From assembly GCA_003139775.1 (NCBI GenBank), contig PLGI01000198.1, forward strand, positions 964 through 64,963: DNA of 64,000 bases, given 5' to 3'. How positions within the stretch are numbered: position 1 is the first letter of the stretch; every line of letters starts with the position of its first letter. Positions 9,194 through 19,336 of this stretch are shown here, piece after piece. The position numbers and the translations under genes were made by a program. The stretch is from Syntrophaceae bacterium. GTDB lineage: Bacteria; Desulfobacterota; Syntrophia; Syntrophales; Smithellaceae. The notes beneath the pieces were generated by a model. It worked only from the letters and a program-made list of their open reading frames with translations, did no database searches and was not told the origin of the DNA.

Positions 9194-10559
9194 CTTCCAT
9201 TTCCTCCTTTTGGGCCCGCAGGCATTTCGCTGGCGAAAATTGCCAGACCGGACTCATGATGGATCCGTGAACTTCCCGGCAAAAATTGATCATTCCCTCA
9301 AAGCCGGCTAGCGCCTCCTTGCGTTCATGGTTATGGTCGCAAAAGGCAATCCCCATTTTATAGGCGATGGGCCGCTCTTTCACGCCGCCGATCAGCAGAT
9401 CCACGTTCCTTTCCGACATAAAGCGGGACAGCTCCAGGGGATTCGTATCATCAACGATAATGGTTCCTTCGTCGCATATTTCTTCCAGATATTCATAGTC
9501 TTCCCTGTTTCCAGTCTGGGAACCGACAATGGCCGTGGCAATGCCTAGATGGCGCAGTGCCTTCACCAGCGAAAACGCCTTGAACGACCCGCCCACATAA
9601 ATAGCTGCCTTTTTCCCTTCCAGATACTTCCGATACGCTTCGACTTCAGGATAAATACGGCTCACCTCCTTGCGCACCAATTCCTCCGTATTTTTCAGAA
9701 TGGCCGGATCGTTGAAATGACGGGCAACTTTGTAGAGCGCGTCGGCCGTATCTTCAATACCGAAATAGGAGACCCGCTCGAAGGGAATGCCATAGTCCTT
9801 CTCCATCATCTTGGCAAGATAGGTCATGGACCCGGAACATTGGACAACATTCATCGCAGCCTTATGAGCGCGGCGGATTTCATCCACTCGTCCGTCGCCG
9901 GTCATGCACGAGACCACCTCAACACCCATTTGTTTGTAATATTCCTTGATGATCCATGTCTCGCCGGCCAGATTGAAATCTCCCAGGATGTTGATGCTGT
10001 GAGGTGCGGCAATCGATTGCTCATCCGTTCCGATCAGCCGGAACAATGCCTCGCATGCCGCCTTATAACCGTCTTTTTTCGTTCCCCGGAATCCTTCCGA
10101 ATGGACAGGGATCACATCAATGCCCTGTTCATCGGAAACTTTCCGGCAGACAGCCTGGATATCGTCGCCAATCAGGCCGATGATGCAGGTGGCATAGACA
10201 AAGGCGGCTTTCGGGTGGTATGCTCCGATAAGTTCCGTCAAAGCAGCGTAAAGTTTCTTTTCACCGCCGTAAATGACCTCTTCCTCGCGCAGATCTGTGG
10301 AGAAGCTCAGCCGGTGCAGCTCGGGCCCCGAGGAGAGAGAGCCCCGGATGTCCCACGTATAAGCGGCGCAGCCGACAGGACCGTGGATCAGATGCAGGGC
10401 GTCGGCAATAGGATAAAGGACCACCCGGGACCCGCAGAATACGCAAGCGCGCTGGCTCACGGAACCGGCGACACTGACCTTATCGCAGGCCATATCGAAA
10501 GTTCCTTCCGTGCCCTTTTCAAAAATCTGACCTTTTCTGGCCTCAAGAATCTCAATCAT
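9159..10559 (-). CDS. nifE: Nitrogenase MoFe cofactor scaffold subunit NifE
   Basis: 466 aa NifD-like paralogue (CVFCGSRVVLYPIADALHLIHGPVGCAAY...). Confidence 0.9.
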   Translation of the reverse strand: MIEILEARKGQIFEKGTEGTFDMACDKVSVAGSVSQRACVFCGSRVVLYPIADALHLIHGPVGCAAYTWDIRGSLSSGPELHRLSFSTDLREEEVIYGGEKKLYAALTELIGAYHPKAAFVYATCIIGLIGDDIQAVCRKVSDEQGIDVIPVHSEGFRGTKKDGYKAACEALFRLIGTDEQSIAAPHSINILGDFNLAGETWIIKEYYKQMGVEVVSCMTGDGRVDEIRRAHKAAMNVVQCSGSMTYLAKMMEKDYGIPFERVSYFGIEDTADALYKVARHFNDPAILKNTEELVRKEVSRIYPEVEAYRKYLEGKKAAIYVGGSFKAFSLVKALRHLGIATAIVGSQTGNREDYEYLEEICDEGTIIVDDTNPLELSRFMSERNVDLLIGGVKERPIAYKMGIAFCDHNHERKEALAGFEGMINFCREVHGSIMSPVWQFSPAKCLRAQKEEMEDANSIRQAAHS

Positions 10560-10677
10560 CGTCTTTCACCATTTTCTGTTCCCGCTTTAATGAAAGGGGA
10601 ACCGGGAAGACTCAGATACTCAGCTTCAAAATCCCCCCAGTATTCCCCTGGCAAAAGAGGGCGGGTTTATGTTTGTG

Positions 10678-12054
10678 CTACATGACCAGTTCAAAACTTT
10701 CTTCCGGTGCATCCCGATCCTGCCTATCCATAACGGCATTCAAAATCTTTTCCATCAGACGCATCGCGCCGCGGTATCCCACGACCGGAAAATACTGATG
10801 ACCTACCCTGTCATAAATCGGAAATCCAATCCTGATGAGGGGTATATCTTCATCGCGGGCAATGTATTTCGCGTAGGTGTTTCCGAAAATGAGGTCCGGC
10901 TTGCCGCTTTTAACCAATTGGTGGAAATAGAACATATCCGCTCCCGCACCATATTTGATAACGGTATCATCTCCCGTGAAAGAACGAATGCGTTCCTCAA
11001 ATTTTTCTCCTGCCGGAGTTCCGGTCACCACATAAAGAATCTTCATATCCATATCGGTAAGAAACTGGACTAGAGAGACCAACTGATCGGGATCTCCAAC
11101 AAGGGCCGCTTTCTTTCCGTAAAAATACTGATGCATGTCTGTCATCACATCAACCACCTGTCCCCGTTCGACCATAATGCTGTCGGGCACGCTCACACCG
11201 GCGGTCTTTCGCAGACAATCCACAAAGGCATCCATTGCCGAAATCCCGATGGGCAGATCGAGGTTAGTGAAGGGAACGCCGCATTTTGTATCCAGGAGTT
11301 TCGCTGCTGACAAAGATGCCGTACGGCCCAGGGAAACAGTAAAAGCGCTGTCTCCGGCGCTGGTGATCTGACTGACCGTTGCACCACCCTTGGGATACAT
11401 GTGAAAACGCCCATCCAGCGGGCCGTTAACGACCTCGGATGTGTCGGGGAAAAGGACTCCTTTGATTCCCATCATTGATAAGTTTCTTTTTATCTCGGCC
11501 ATGTCTGATGGCTCGACAAATCCCGGAATAATGTTGATCTGCCCTGTTCCTTTTCCTGTATGTTCGGAAAGATACTGCACCATGCTCTGGGTCATGTTGG
11601 CGAAACCCGTCACATGTGACCCCTTGAAACTTGGCGTATTCGTGTGGATGACCCGTTTCCCCTTGGGAATCTTTCCGTCCGCCAGCGCCTTGTTGATAAT
11701 CTGTCCGAGGTCGTCTCCGATGACTTCAGACAGACAAGTCGTGTGGACCGCCACGATATCGGGGCCGTAGATTGCGAAGATATTGTTAATAGCCTCAACT
11801 AGGTTGGCCTGGCCGCCGAAAACGGAAGCTCCTTCCGTAAAGGAACTGGTTGTGGCCATGACCGGATCTTTATAATGCCTGGTCAACGCGCTCCGATGGT
11901 AGGCGCAGCAACCCTGAGAACCATGGCTATGCGGCAAACAGTTGTGAATGCCCAGCGCTGCGTACATGGCCCCCACAGGCTGACAAGTCTTGGCCGGGTT
12001 GACTGTCAGGGCCGATCGATCTGTTAGTGTCTCGGGTGTGTGTCTAAGTAGCAT
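10678..12054 (-). CDS. nifK: Nitrogenase MoFe protein beta chain
   Basis: 458 aa; CQPVGAMYAALGIHNCLPHSHGSQGCCAY and the position after nifD. Confidence 0.95.
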   Translation of the reverse strand: MLLRHTPETLTDRSALTVNPAKTCQPVGAMYAALGIHNCLPHSHGSQGCCAYHRSALTRHYKDPVMATTSSFTEGASVFGGQANLVEAINNIFAIYGPDIVAVHTTCLSEVIGDDLGQIINKALADGKIPKGKRVIHTNTPSFKGSHVTGFANMTQSMVQYLSEHTGKGTGQINIIPGFVEPSDMAEIKRNLSMMGIKGVLFPDTSEVVNGPLDGRFHMYPKGGATVSQITSAGDSAFTVSLGRTASLSAAKLLDTKCGVPFTNLDLPIGISAMDAFVDCLRKTAGVSVPDSIMVERGQVVDVMTDMHQYFYGKKAALVGDPDQLVSLVQFLTDMDMKILYVVTGTPAGEKFEERIRSFTGDDTVIKYGAGADMFYFHQLVKSGKPDLIFGNTYAKYIARDEDIPLIRIGFPIYDRVGHQYFPVVGYRGAMRLMEKILNAVMDRQDRDAPEESFELVM

Positions 12055-12079
12055 GATGTTTCTCCTTTAACTGTTCTTT

Positions 12080-13735
12080 TTACCTGTTCCAAGCGTAGCT
12101 TCCCGACAGTTCGGGATTTTTTTGCCAGGGCGCTTTGATAAATCGAAAGACGTTGGAATTGACCATCCGGTCAATCTCCCGGTAAAAATTGATAGCGCCC
12201 CGGAATCCGGCGTAAGGGCCGCTATAGTCATAACTGTGCAGCTGTTTGAGCGGCACGCCGCCTTTCTGGATGACATATTTCTCCTTGATGCCGGCACAGA
12301 AGATATCCGGTTTGTATTTTTCCATCAGAACCTCTGCTTCATGATGGTTGAGGTCATCAATAATCAGATCGCCGCTTTTCATCTCCGCCATCATCCCCAG
12401 ATACTCGTTAAAGCCCATATGTTCGCGCTGCTCCAACTGCTGGAGTTCCCCTGCTGTTTTGCGGGGCCGGTATCGCGTCGGATCAGCCTCTACGGTCAGT
12501 TCTTCAATATTGCGTGTATCGGCGTCGACGACGATATTCGGAATGACTTTTCGCCCTTCATAATCGTCGCGGTGAGCAAACTCATACCCTGCGGAAACCG
12601 TCTTCATGCCAATCTCGGTGAAGAGGTCCTGATAGTGGTGCGCCCTTGATCCGCCGACAAAAAGCATGGCGGTTTTGCCCTCGCAACGGGCCTTGACCTC
12701 CTGACGGACTGCCTCCACATGATATATTTCCTCGGCGATGACCTTTTCCACTTTTTCCATCAATTCAGGCGCGCCGAAGTAGGCCGCAATTTTCCTAAGC
12801 GACTTCGCCGTGGCCTCCGCGCCGATGAAGCTGATCTTGAACCAGGGGATGCCGTAGCGTTTCTCCATCATATCCGCCATATAATTGATCGAGCGGTGAC
12901 ACATGACGACGTTCAGATCGACGGTATGGGCGCTGGCAAACTCCTCGTATTCCGAATTGCCGCTGAAAGTGGAATGGAGGGTCATCCCGCAGCGCTCAAT
13001 AATCCGTTCGATTTCAAAGGCGTCACCCCCGATGTTGTATTCGCCGAGAATATTAAAACGGTATTCTCCTTCTACGTGCTGCTCGATCTGCCCGACCACT
13101 TTTGAAAAAACCTTGTTGTTGGCAATATGATGGCCTGCGGACTGGCTCACGCCCTTATACCCCTCGCAACTGAAACCGAAGATGTTAACCTCCGGGTACT
13201 TCTCTTCCATTTCGCGGGCGACGGCATGGACATCATCACCGATCAGTCCGACAGGACAGGTGGAAAAGATACCAATCGCCTTGGGGTGAAATAAAGAAAT
13301 CGCTTCTTCAATGGCTTTTTTGAGCTTCTTTTCACCGCCGAAGATAATCTCTTCTTCCTGCATGTCAGTGGACATAGCGTAGGGCATGAAATTGGTGCCA
13401 TCCGCTGTTTTGGGCCTGGTCTGGTTACGTCTGGTCAGCCAACTGTAAAATCCGCAGCCGATCGGTCCGTGAGTAATCTGTAGGATATCGCGTGTCGGAC
13501 CGAGGACAACGCCCTTGCAACCGGCATAGGCACATCCCCTCATGGTGAGGATACCCGGAATCGTTCTGGTGTTCGCCATGATCTCCGGAGCCTGATCATT
13601 GTCTTCAATCTGGTTTACGATAATCTGTTTCGCCCGTTTACGGGCCACCTTTGCCGGATATTTCTTGAGGATGAGTTCTCTGACTTCCTGAGCCACGGCT
13701 GTATCATCCTGCGCGATGTTGCTATTCGTAGACAT
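12080..13735 (-). CDS. nifD: Nitrogenase MoFe protein alpha chain (long, anaerobe-type form)
   Basis: 551 aa; RGCAYAGCKGVVLGPTRDILQITHGPIGCGFYSW and a VMCHRS cofactor-Cys context. Confidence 0.95.
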   Translation of the reverse strand: MSTNSNIAQDDTAVAQEVRELILKKYPAKVARKRAKQIIVNQIEDNDQAPEIMANTRTIPGILTMRGCAYAGCKGVVLGPTRDILQITHGPIGCGFYSWLTRRNQTRPKTADGTNFMPYAMSTDMQEEEIIFGGEKKLKKAIEEAISLFHPKAIGIFSTCPVGLIGDDVHAVAREMEEKYPEVNIFGFSCEGYKGVSQSAGHHIANNKVFSKVVGQIEQHVEGEYRFNILGEYNIGGDAFEIERIIERCGMTLHSTFSGNSEYEEFASAHTVDLNVVMCHRSINYMADMMEKRYGIPWFKISFIGAEATAKSLRKIAAYFGAPELMEKVEKVIAEEIYHVEAVRQEVKARCEGKTAMLFVGGSRAHHYQDLFTEIGMKTVSAGYEFAHRDDYEGRKVIPNIVVDADTRNIEELTVEADPTRYRPRKTAGELQQLEQREHMGFNEYLGMMAEMKSGDLIIDDLNHHEAEVLMEKYKPDIFCAGIKEKYVIQKGGVPLKQLHSYDYSGPYAGFRGAINFYREIDRMVNSNVFRFIKAPWQKNPELSGSYAWNR

Positions 13736-13750
13736 GGTTTATCTCCCTTC

Positions 13751-14131
13751 TTATGCTTCATCCAGTGCGTCATTTCCCAACTCTCCGGTCCGGATGCGGA
13801 CAGCGTCATGTATGGGCAGGACAAATATTTTGCCGTCGCCGGATTTTCCCGTTTGGTTGGCGGCGATGATGACCGATACGGTCTTATTCGCCAGATTGTC
13901 CGGGACAACGATGGCGATCATTCTTTTGGAAATGAGCCGCTGGGTATTTCCCAACTGGGATATTGCTTCTTCGTAACCCTGCTCTGCGCCTTTGAGGAGC
14001 TGAACATCCACCAGGCCCTTGCCGCGCCCCAGGCAATCACGGGCATGCATCGAGGAAATGCCGGCTTCGATAAGGGCCTTTTTCGTCTGATTAATCTTGT
14101 TCATACGGATGATGGCCAGGATCTCTTTCAT
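13751..14131 (-). CDS. nifI2: PII-family nitrogenase regulator NifI2
   Basis: 126 aa PII fold (MKEILAIIRMNKINQTKKALIEAG...GDGKIFVLPI), second PII gene between nifH and nifD. Confidence 0.85.
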   Translation of the reverse strand: MKEILAIIRMNKINQTKKALIEAGISSMHARDCLGRGKGLVDVQLLKGAEQGYEEAISQLGNTQRLISKRMIAIVVPDNLANKTVSVIIAANQTGKSGDGKIFVLPIHDAVRIRTGELGNDALDEA

Positions 14132-14481
14132 AATGAAACCTCCTGTGTTCCGGCGTTGGTTTCCCTGATCCCGGAGCTGACGGTGTAAACCTCATCAACA
14201 GAGGAAACAAATATCTTGCCGTCGCCGTATGAACCTCTATCACCCGTCCGAGCAGCGCCCATGATCAGGCCGATCACCAGGTCCTTATCGGCATCGGGAA
14301 CCACAAGCATCAAGAGTTCCTTGGGCAATTCATCATAAGTGATATCACCTATCTTGATACCTCTCTGCTTGCCTCGTCCCGAAACATTCATCTTGGTCAC
14401 TGCCGGAAATCCTTCCGACATGAGCTGTTCCAAAATGACATCTACCTTTTCGGGCCTTACAATGGCTCTTATCATCAACAT
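14128..14481 (-). CDS. nifI1: PII-family nitrogenase regulator NifI1
   Basis: 117 aa PII fold (MLMIRAIVRPEKVDVILEQL...GDGKIFVSSV), immediately after nifH. Confidence 0.85.
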   Translation of the reverse strand: MLMIRAIVRPEKVDVILEQLMSEGFPAVTKMNVSGRGKQRGIKIGDITYDELPKELLMLVVPDADKDLVIGLIMGAARTGDRGSYGDGKIFVSSVDEVYTVSSGIRETNAGTQEVSL

Positions 14482-14506
14482 CTTTTTGTTCCTCCTTTGT
14501 TGTTGG

Positions 14507-15392
<886 letters not shown>

Positions 15393-15522
15393 AACATAAA
15401 GAGCGTTTATTATCTGGATATCGTCATTCTTAATGTACCGTGATAATCACGACATAAGAAATAATTTTTTCTGAATTGAAGTTTTGTAAGACTTGTAAAG
15501 ACAAAAGAAAAAACGACAAAGC

Positions 15523-15563
15523 GGTAGGAATATGAACATTAACCTTCAGATCGGTAGGAATAC
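15523..15563 (-). promoter_or_regulatory. Candidate enhancer (UAS): two GTAGGAATA repeats 30 bp apart flanking TAACC
   Basis: GTAGGAATA at 15524..15532 and 15554..15562, located between the nifA stop and the nifH promoter (~130-170 bp upstream). Near-identical block at 1786..1824. Confidence 0.5.
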
Positions 15564-15589
15564 TGTTGAATACAATTTATCAGGAAAGA

Positions 15590-17161
15590 CTATTTCATTT
15601 TCCCCGGGTCGATCCTGAATTTTGCCACCCTGAGGCCCATGATTCTTTCTGTCAATCCCAGGATTCGTGCAGCTTTGGCCATGTTACCGCGGCAGCGTTT
15701 CAATGCATCGCTGATCATCTCCTTTTCCAGAGAGATCAACATGTCCTGCAATGTGCCTTTCGATTCTTGGATGGGGGAGTCATCGCTTTTCTGCAGGTTT
15801 GGCGGCAGGTGATGGGTTTTGATGACGCCGTCTGTACAGAGAATGATGGCCCGTTCGATACAGTTTTCAAGCTCCCGGACATTTCCCGGCCAATGATAGT
15901 GCATGAGCATGTCCGTTGCCGAGACGGAGATGCTCACAATCTTCTTGTCCATCTCCTTGGCGTATTTCTCGATGAAATGATTGGCCAGAAGGATGATATC
16001 CGTCTTTCGCTCCCGCAGGGGCGGAACGACGATGGGGAAGATGTTCAGCCTATAGTAGAGATCTTCCCGAAACTTTCCTTCTCGTATGAGCGCCTCCAGA
16101 TCCCTATTTGTTGCGGCGATAATCCGGATGTTCACTTTTATGCTCATATTGCCACCGAGGCGCTCGAACATCCGTTCCTGAAGGACGCGCAGTAATTTTG
16201 TCTGAACGGCTGGCGGAAGGTCGCCTATTTCGTCAAGAAAGATAGTACCGTTGTTAGCGAGTTCAAAACGTCCCTTGCGAAACTCAGTAGCTCCGGTGAA
16301 AGCGCCCTTTTCATGCCCGAAAAGCTCGCTTTCGATGAGGGACTCCGGCAGGGCCGCGCAGTTGACGATGATGTAAGGACCTCTCGCGTAACTCGAATTG
16401 TAATGGATCGCATGGGCAACGCGTTCCTTGCCGACGCCGCTTTCACCCAAGATCAGAACTGTTGCATTTGTGCGGCAGACCTTTTCGATCATCCCATAAA
16501 TGTTTTGCATAACTTTTGAGGTGCCGATGATGGTTTTGGGGCCGTACTTGATCCTCAGTTCATCTTGCAGCCGACGGTTTTCTTCTTTGATCTTGTCGAG
16601 TTCCTCCTGGGCCAATTGACGCAGACGTACGGCCTGCGAAATTGTGGAGGCAATGATCGTGAGCAGCCGGACATCCTCTTCAAAGTATGTGCCTTCGGTA
16701 ACGAGACGATCAACGGAAATGGTTCCGATAACTTCATTGCCGATTTTTATGGGGACACAGATAAACGCAATGTCCCTTTTATTTAATTTTTTCCTGGAAC
16801 CCGTCCTGTCCAAGAACAATGGATTATCGGAAATACTGGGTACAATGATCGTCTTGCCAGTATTGATCACCTTGCCGGTAATGCCTTCACCCATCCGGTA
16901 TTTTCCTTTGACCTGTTCCTCAGGCAGGAGTCCGTAAGCCTCTTCGATGACAATTTCCCCACTCTCACGGTTCAATATTGTCAGGGCGCCACGGGGCATT
17001 TCCGTGTTTTCGGCCATGCTCTTCAGGACAAACTTCAGGGCTGCCTTAAGATCGAGGCTTTCACTCAGTTTCTTGCTTATCTCAAAAAGTAGGGAAAGCT
17101 CTTTTATTTCACGCGAGACCCTGTCACTTTCATTGCAAGGCGTCATAACGAAATACTCCAT
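15590..17161 (-). CDS. nifA: sigma-54-dependent transcriptional activator, NifA-type (GAF - AAA+ - Fis HTH)
   Basis: 523 aa; GAF-like N-terminus, GESGVGKE Walker A, GAFTGA loop (EKGAFTGA), C-terminal [24 protein letters not shown]. Sits directly upstream of nifH. Confidence 0.85.
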   Translation of the reverse strand: MEYFVMTPCNESDRVSREIKELSLLFEISKKLSESLDLKAALKFVLKSMAENTEMPRGALTILNRESGEIVIEEAYGLLPEEQVKGKYRMGEGITGKVINTGKTIIVPSISDNPLFLDRTGSRKKLNKRDIAFICVPIKIGNEVIGTISVDRLVTEGTYFEEDVRLLTIIASTISQAVRLRQLAQEELDKIKEENRRLQDELRIKYGPKTIIGTSKVMQNIYGMIEKVCRTNATVLILGESGVGKERVAHAIHYNSSYARGPYIIVNCAALPESLIESELFGHEKGAFTGATEFRKGRFELANNGTIFLDEIGDLPPAVQTKLLRVLQERMFERLGGNMSIKVNIRIIAATNRDLEALIREGKFREDLYYRLNIFPIVVPPLRERKTDIILLANHFIEKYAKEMDKKIVSISVSATDMLMHYHWPGNVRELENCIERAIILCTDGVIKTHHLPPNLQKSDDSPIQESKGTLQDMLISLEKEMISDALKRCRGNMAKAARILGLTERIMGLRVAKFRIDPGKMK

Positions 17162-17546
17162 TCAATCTTATATAGCATATTACTATAAACATTTTATAAC
17201 ATCAAGATTCATGCCATTGATTATTGTTATTATAAGCCATGAAAATTAAAGATATAATCATGATAAAAGTCGACGAACAATCCCTGATTAAAGAACTGTT
17301 TCGTTATGAATAATTGAAAAACCGTACAGAATTGTGGTGCATAAAGTAACCGGTGACCAGATGCAAAATTTCTTTATAGTTAATTCTAGTATCAGTAATT
17401 TTGGTTTTTTGAATGCCGTATTTCGTTGATGCGTTGGTGGGCGAAAGCGTGTAATTGACACTATGCAAGGTTTGAGGCTGTCCCAAAAATGTGAGGATAG
17501 TCCCAACGGAAAGTCGCTTATAATCTTAGTATCTCCATGCCTTCAT

Positions 17547-18602
17547 TTATTGCTTCTTCATGGAGCTGTTGATCTTTTTTATCGTTTCCATCTTCCCCCA
17601 ATATGAAGCCATGCAGACAAGAAGATTCACGGCATCACGCATTGAGCTTGTGGCAAGTTTTCTGGCGATGGATACCGACTCGCTATATGCGTTTCCAAGG
17701 TTGCGCAACTCTTCTTCCTTTCCTTGTTTTAATAATTCTTTATATCCATGTTGAATTTGCATCATAATGCATTCTTCCAACAACCAGAGATTTGAAGGAT
17801 TTGCGAGGTGGGCTTTTTCAATTTTTTCAATGTCATCTGTCGATGGTTCAAATGTTTTCCACTTGGAGGCTTTGGTTGTTTCATCGGCCCAATCTGTCGG
17901 AAGAAAATGATGTTTTACCTCAAATACATTAATGCCCGCGGGAATGCCTTTAGGTTTGATTAAATGCGGGAGATCAAAAGTATATGGTGTTTTGTCTGTT
18001 AGAGGGTATAGTTTCTCATATGCGGCTTCGCTGAGATAAATGTGCGTAAAAGCTCCTTCCCGCGAATGGCTCTCGATCCTTTTAGTTAAATTAATTGCAT
18101 ATCCTTCAGGTTGATATTTATTATTGCCTATTTTATTAATCCATGCTTGCCCAAAATGAATCCCAACGGCAATATCGGAAGTATGTTTTCCGGAGTTGAT
18201 TTTCTCTTTATTGGATTCACTCAGAAGCCATCTCCGCTTAAGATCCAAGGCAATAGTTATTGCAGTATCAATATCATCTGCCCATAAATCCTGGTTTAAT
18301 TCTTCCGGATCTTTCCTGAAGATCATTAAATGACCCTCATTGCCTCTAACCTGGGATTTAAAATCAATGTTGTTTGGGGAGACATAGAACTCCTTTTTAT
18401 ATTTATTGGTTATTTCTTCAAACAGCGATCTGAATTGTCGTAATATCCTGTTGTATTTTTCGAGTGGTTCATAATTGGAAATTTCCGAGCATCCAACAAT
18501 ATCCGCGAATAGTATAACGATTTGTCCTTCCCAACCAATTGATTCAATAACCGGGTGTCTTCTTATCTCAGGTGTGCTTCTTCCTACGCGCAGTTTAGGC
18601 AT
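17547..18602 (-). CDS. Class III adenylate/guanylate cyclase domain protein with helical C-terminal region
   Basis: 351 aa; IVILFADIVGCSEIS and GIHFGQAW...GYAINLTKRIES match class III cyclase metal and transition-state motifs. C-terminal ~110 aa is helical/TPR-like. Confidence 0.65.
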   Translation of the reverse strand: MPKLRVGRSTPEIRRHPVIESIGWEGQIVILFADIVGCSEISNYEPLEKYNRILRQFRSLFEEITNKYKKEFYVSPNNIDFKSQVRGNEGHLMIFRKDPEELNQDLWADDIDTAITIALDLKRRWLLSESNKEKINSGKHTSDIAVGIHFGQAWINKIGNNKYQPEGYAINLTKRIESHSREGAFTHIYLSEAAYEKLYPLTDKTPYTFDLPHLIKPKGIPAGINVFEVKHHFLPTDWADETTKASKWKTFEPSTDDIEKIEKAHLANPSNLWLLEECIMMQIQHGYKELLKQGKEEELRNLGNAYSESVSIARKLATSSMRDAVNLLVCMASYWGKMETIKKINSSMKKQ

Positions 18603-18658
18603 ATTAATAATCCCTTCTTTATCACGACTGATCAGGAAAAATATTTCAAAACCCTTAC

Positions 18659-18703
18659 ATAAAAAGCCGCTGCAATTTTATTTCAGAAAAATTGCAGCGG
18701 CTT
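18659..18703 (-). terminator. Rho-independent terminator after amtB-glnK-HTH
   Basis: 16-bp perfect stem AAGCCGCTGCAATTTT / AAAATTGCAGCGGCTT (18664..18679 / 18687..18702), followed on the minus strand by TTTTTAT. Confidence 0.7.
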
Positions 18704-18764
18704 TAAAACAAACGTCACCTCTTAGAAAGTGTAACCTAAAGTAACTCCGCCATAAAGGTAGGAA

Positions 18765-18971
18765 CTATCCCGCACCTCTGAATTGTTCACGGTCAATCCG
18801 ATATTTATGGATTTTGTAATCCAGAATGCGTCGTGTGGTTCCTAAAAGTTTGGCGGCGGCCGTTTGATTGCCCTTAGTTCTTGTCAACGCATGAATGATG
18901 ACTGTCTTCTCGCAGTCTAAAACACAGCGCTCCAATACATTTTCTTCGGTATTTAATTTATTATTGTCCAT
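18765..18971 (-). CDS. Stand-alone Fis-type helix-turn-helix protein (~68 aa)
   Basis: MDNNKLNTEENVLERCVLDCEKTVIIHALTRTKGNQTAAAKLLGTTRRILDYKIHKYRI resembles the C-terminal HTH_8 domain of sigma-54 activators. Start trimmed so it does not overlap glnK (12-nt gap). Confidence 0.6.
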   Translation of the reverse strand: MDNNKLNTEENVLERCVLDCEKTVIIHALTRTKGNQTAAAKLLGTTRRILDYKIHKYRIDREQFRGAG

Positions 18972-18982
18972 AAGAGATAACC

Positions 18983-19324
18983 TCAGCCAATGGCGCCGTC
19001 GCCTCGTTCGCCGCTGCTGATGCGGATACATTCCGCAAGCTGCATCACGAAAATTTTGCCGTCGCCGACATCTCCGGTATGAGCTCCTTTGCCAATCGCT
19101 TTAATTGTCGGCGCCACAAAATCGTCATTTACGGCGATATCGAGTCTGATTTTAGTAAGCAGGCCGCCTGCTTCTTTCGCGCCTCTGTATATTTCGGTGA
19201 CCCCTTTTTGTCTGCCCTGCCCCAGAACACTGGTAACAGTCATCAAATTTACTCCCACGGCCTCCAGTTCTCTTTTAACCGCATCAAGTTTGTGCGGCTG
19301 AATAATAGCAATGATTAGTTTCAT
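18983..19324 (-). CDS. glnK: Nitrogen regulatory protein PII (GlnK)
   Basis: 113 aa; MKLIIAIIQPHKLDAVKRELE..., T-loop GRQKGVTEIYRGAKE; directly downstream of amtB. Confidence 0.9.
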   Translation of the reverse strand: MKLIIAIIQPHKLDAVKRELEAVGVNLMTVTSVLGQGRQKGVTEIYRGAKEAGGLLTKIRLDIAVNDDFVAPTIKAIGKGAHTGDVGDGKIFVMQLAECIRISSGERGDGAIG

Positions 19325-19336
19325 ATTATTTTCCTC

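Noticed and set aside
9549-10685. 378-aa plus-strand ORF antisense to nifE. Similar long antisense ORFs lie at 12122..12649, 14339..15145, 15566..16195, 39007..39678, 45331..45876 and 49256..49969.
   Set aside because: Each lies opposite a confidently recognised protein (nifE, nifD, nifH, nifA, ftsI, selB, acyl-CoA ligase) and has no recognisable motifs. They are typical shadow ORFs.
15393-15589. Looked for the canonical NifA upstream activator sequence TGT-N10-ACA upstream of nifH.
   Set aside because: Only TGT/ACA pairs with the wrong spacing (N5, N13, N15) were seen by eye, so no canonical site is reported. A systematic pattern scan should confirm this.
17162-17546. Small ORFs 17288..17506 and 17304..17486 (-) downstream of the cyclase; considered as a possible effector partner (Pycsar/CBASS-like pair).
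   Set aside because: They have no RBS, no TM or cNMP-binding features and odd composition, and they overlap each other in different frames. The region is more likely the nifA upstream/regulatory region. I also found no convincing sigma-54 box here (closest spacing is off by one).
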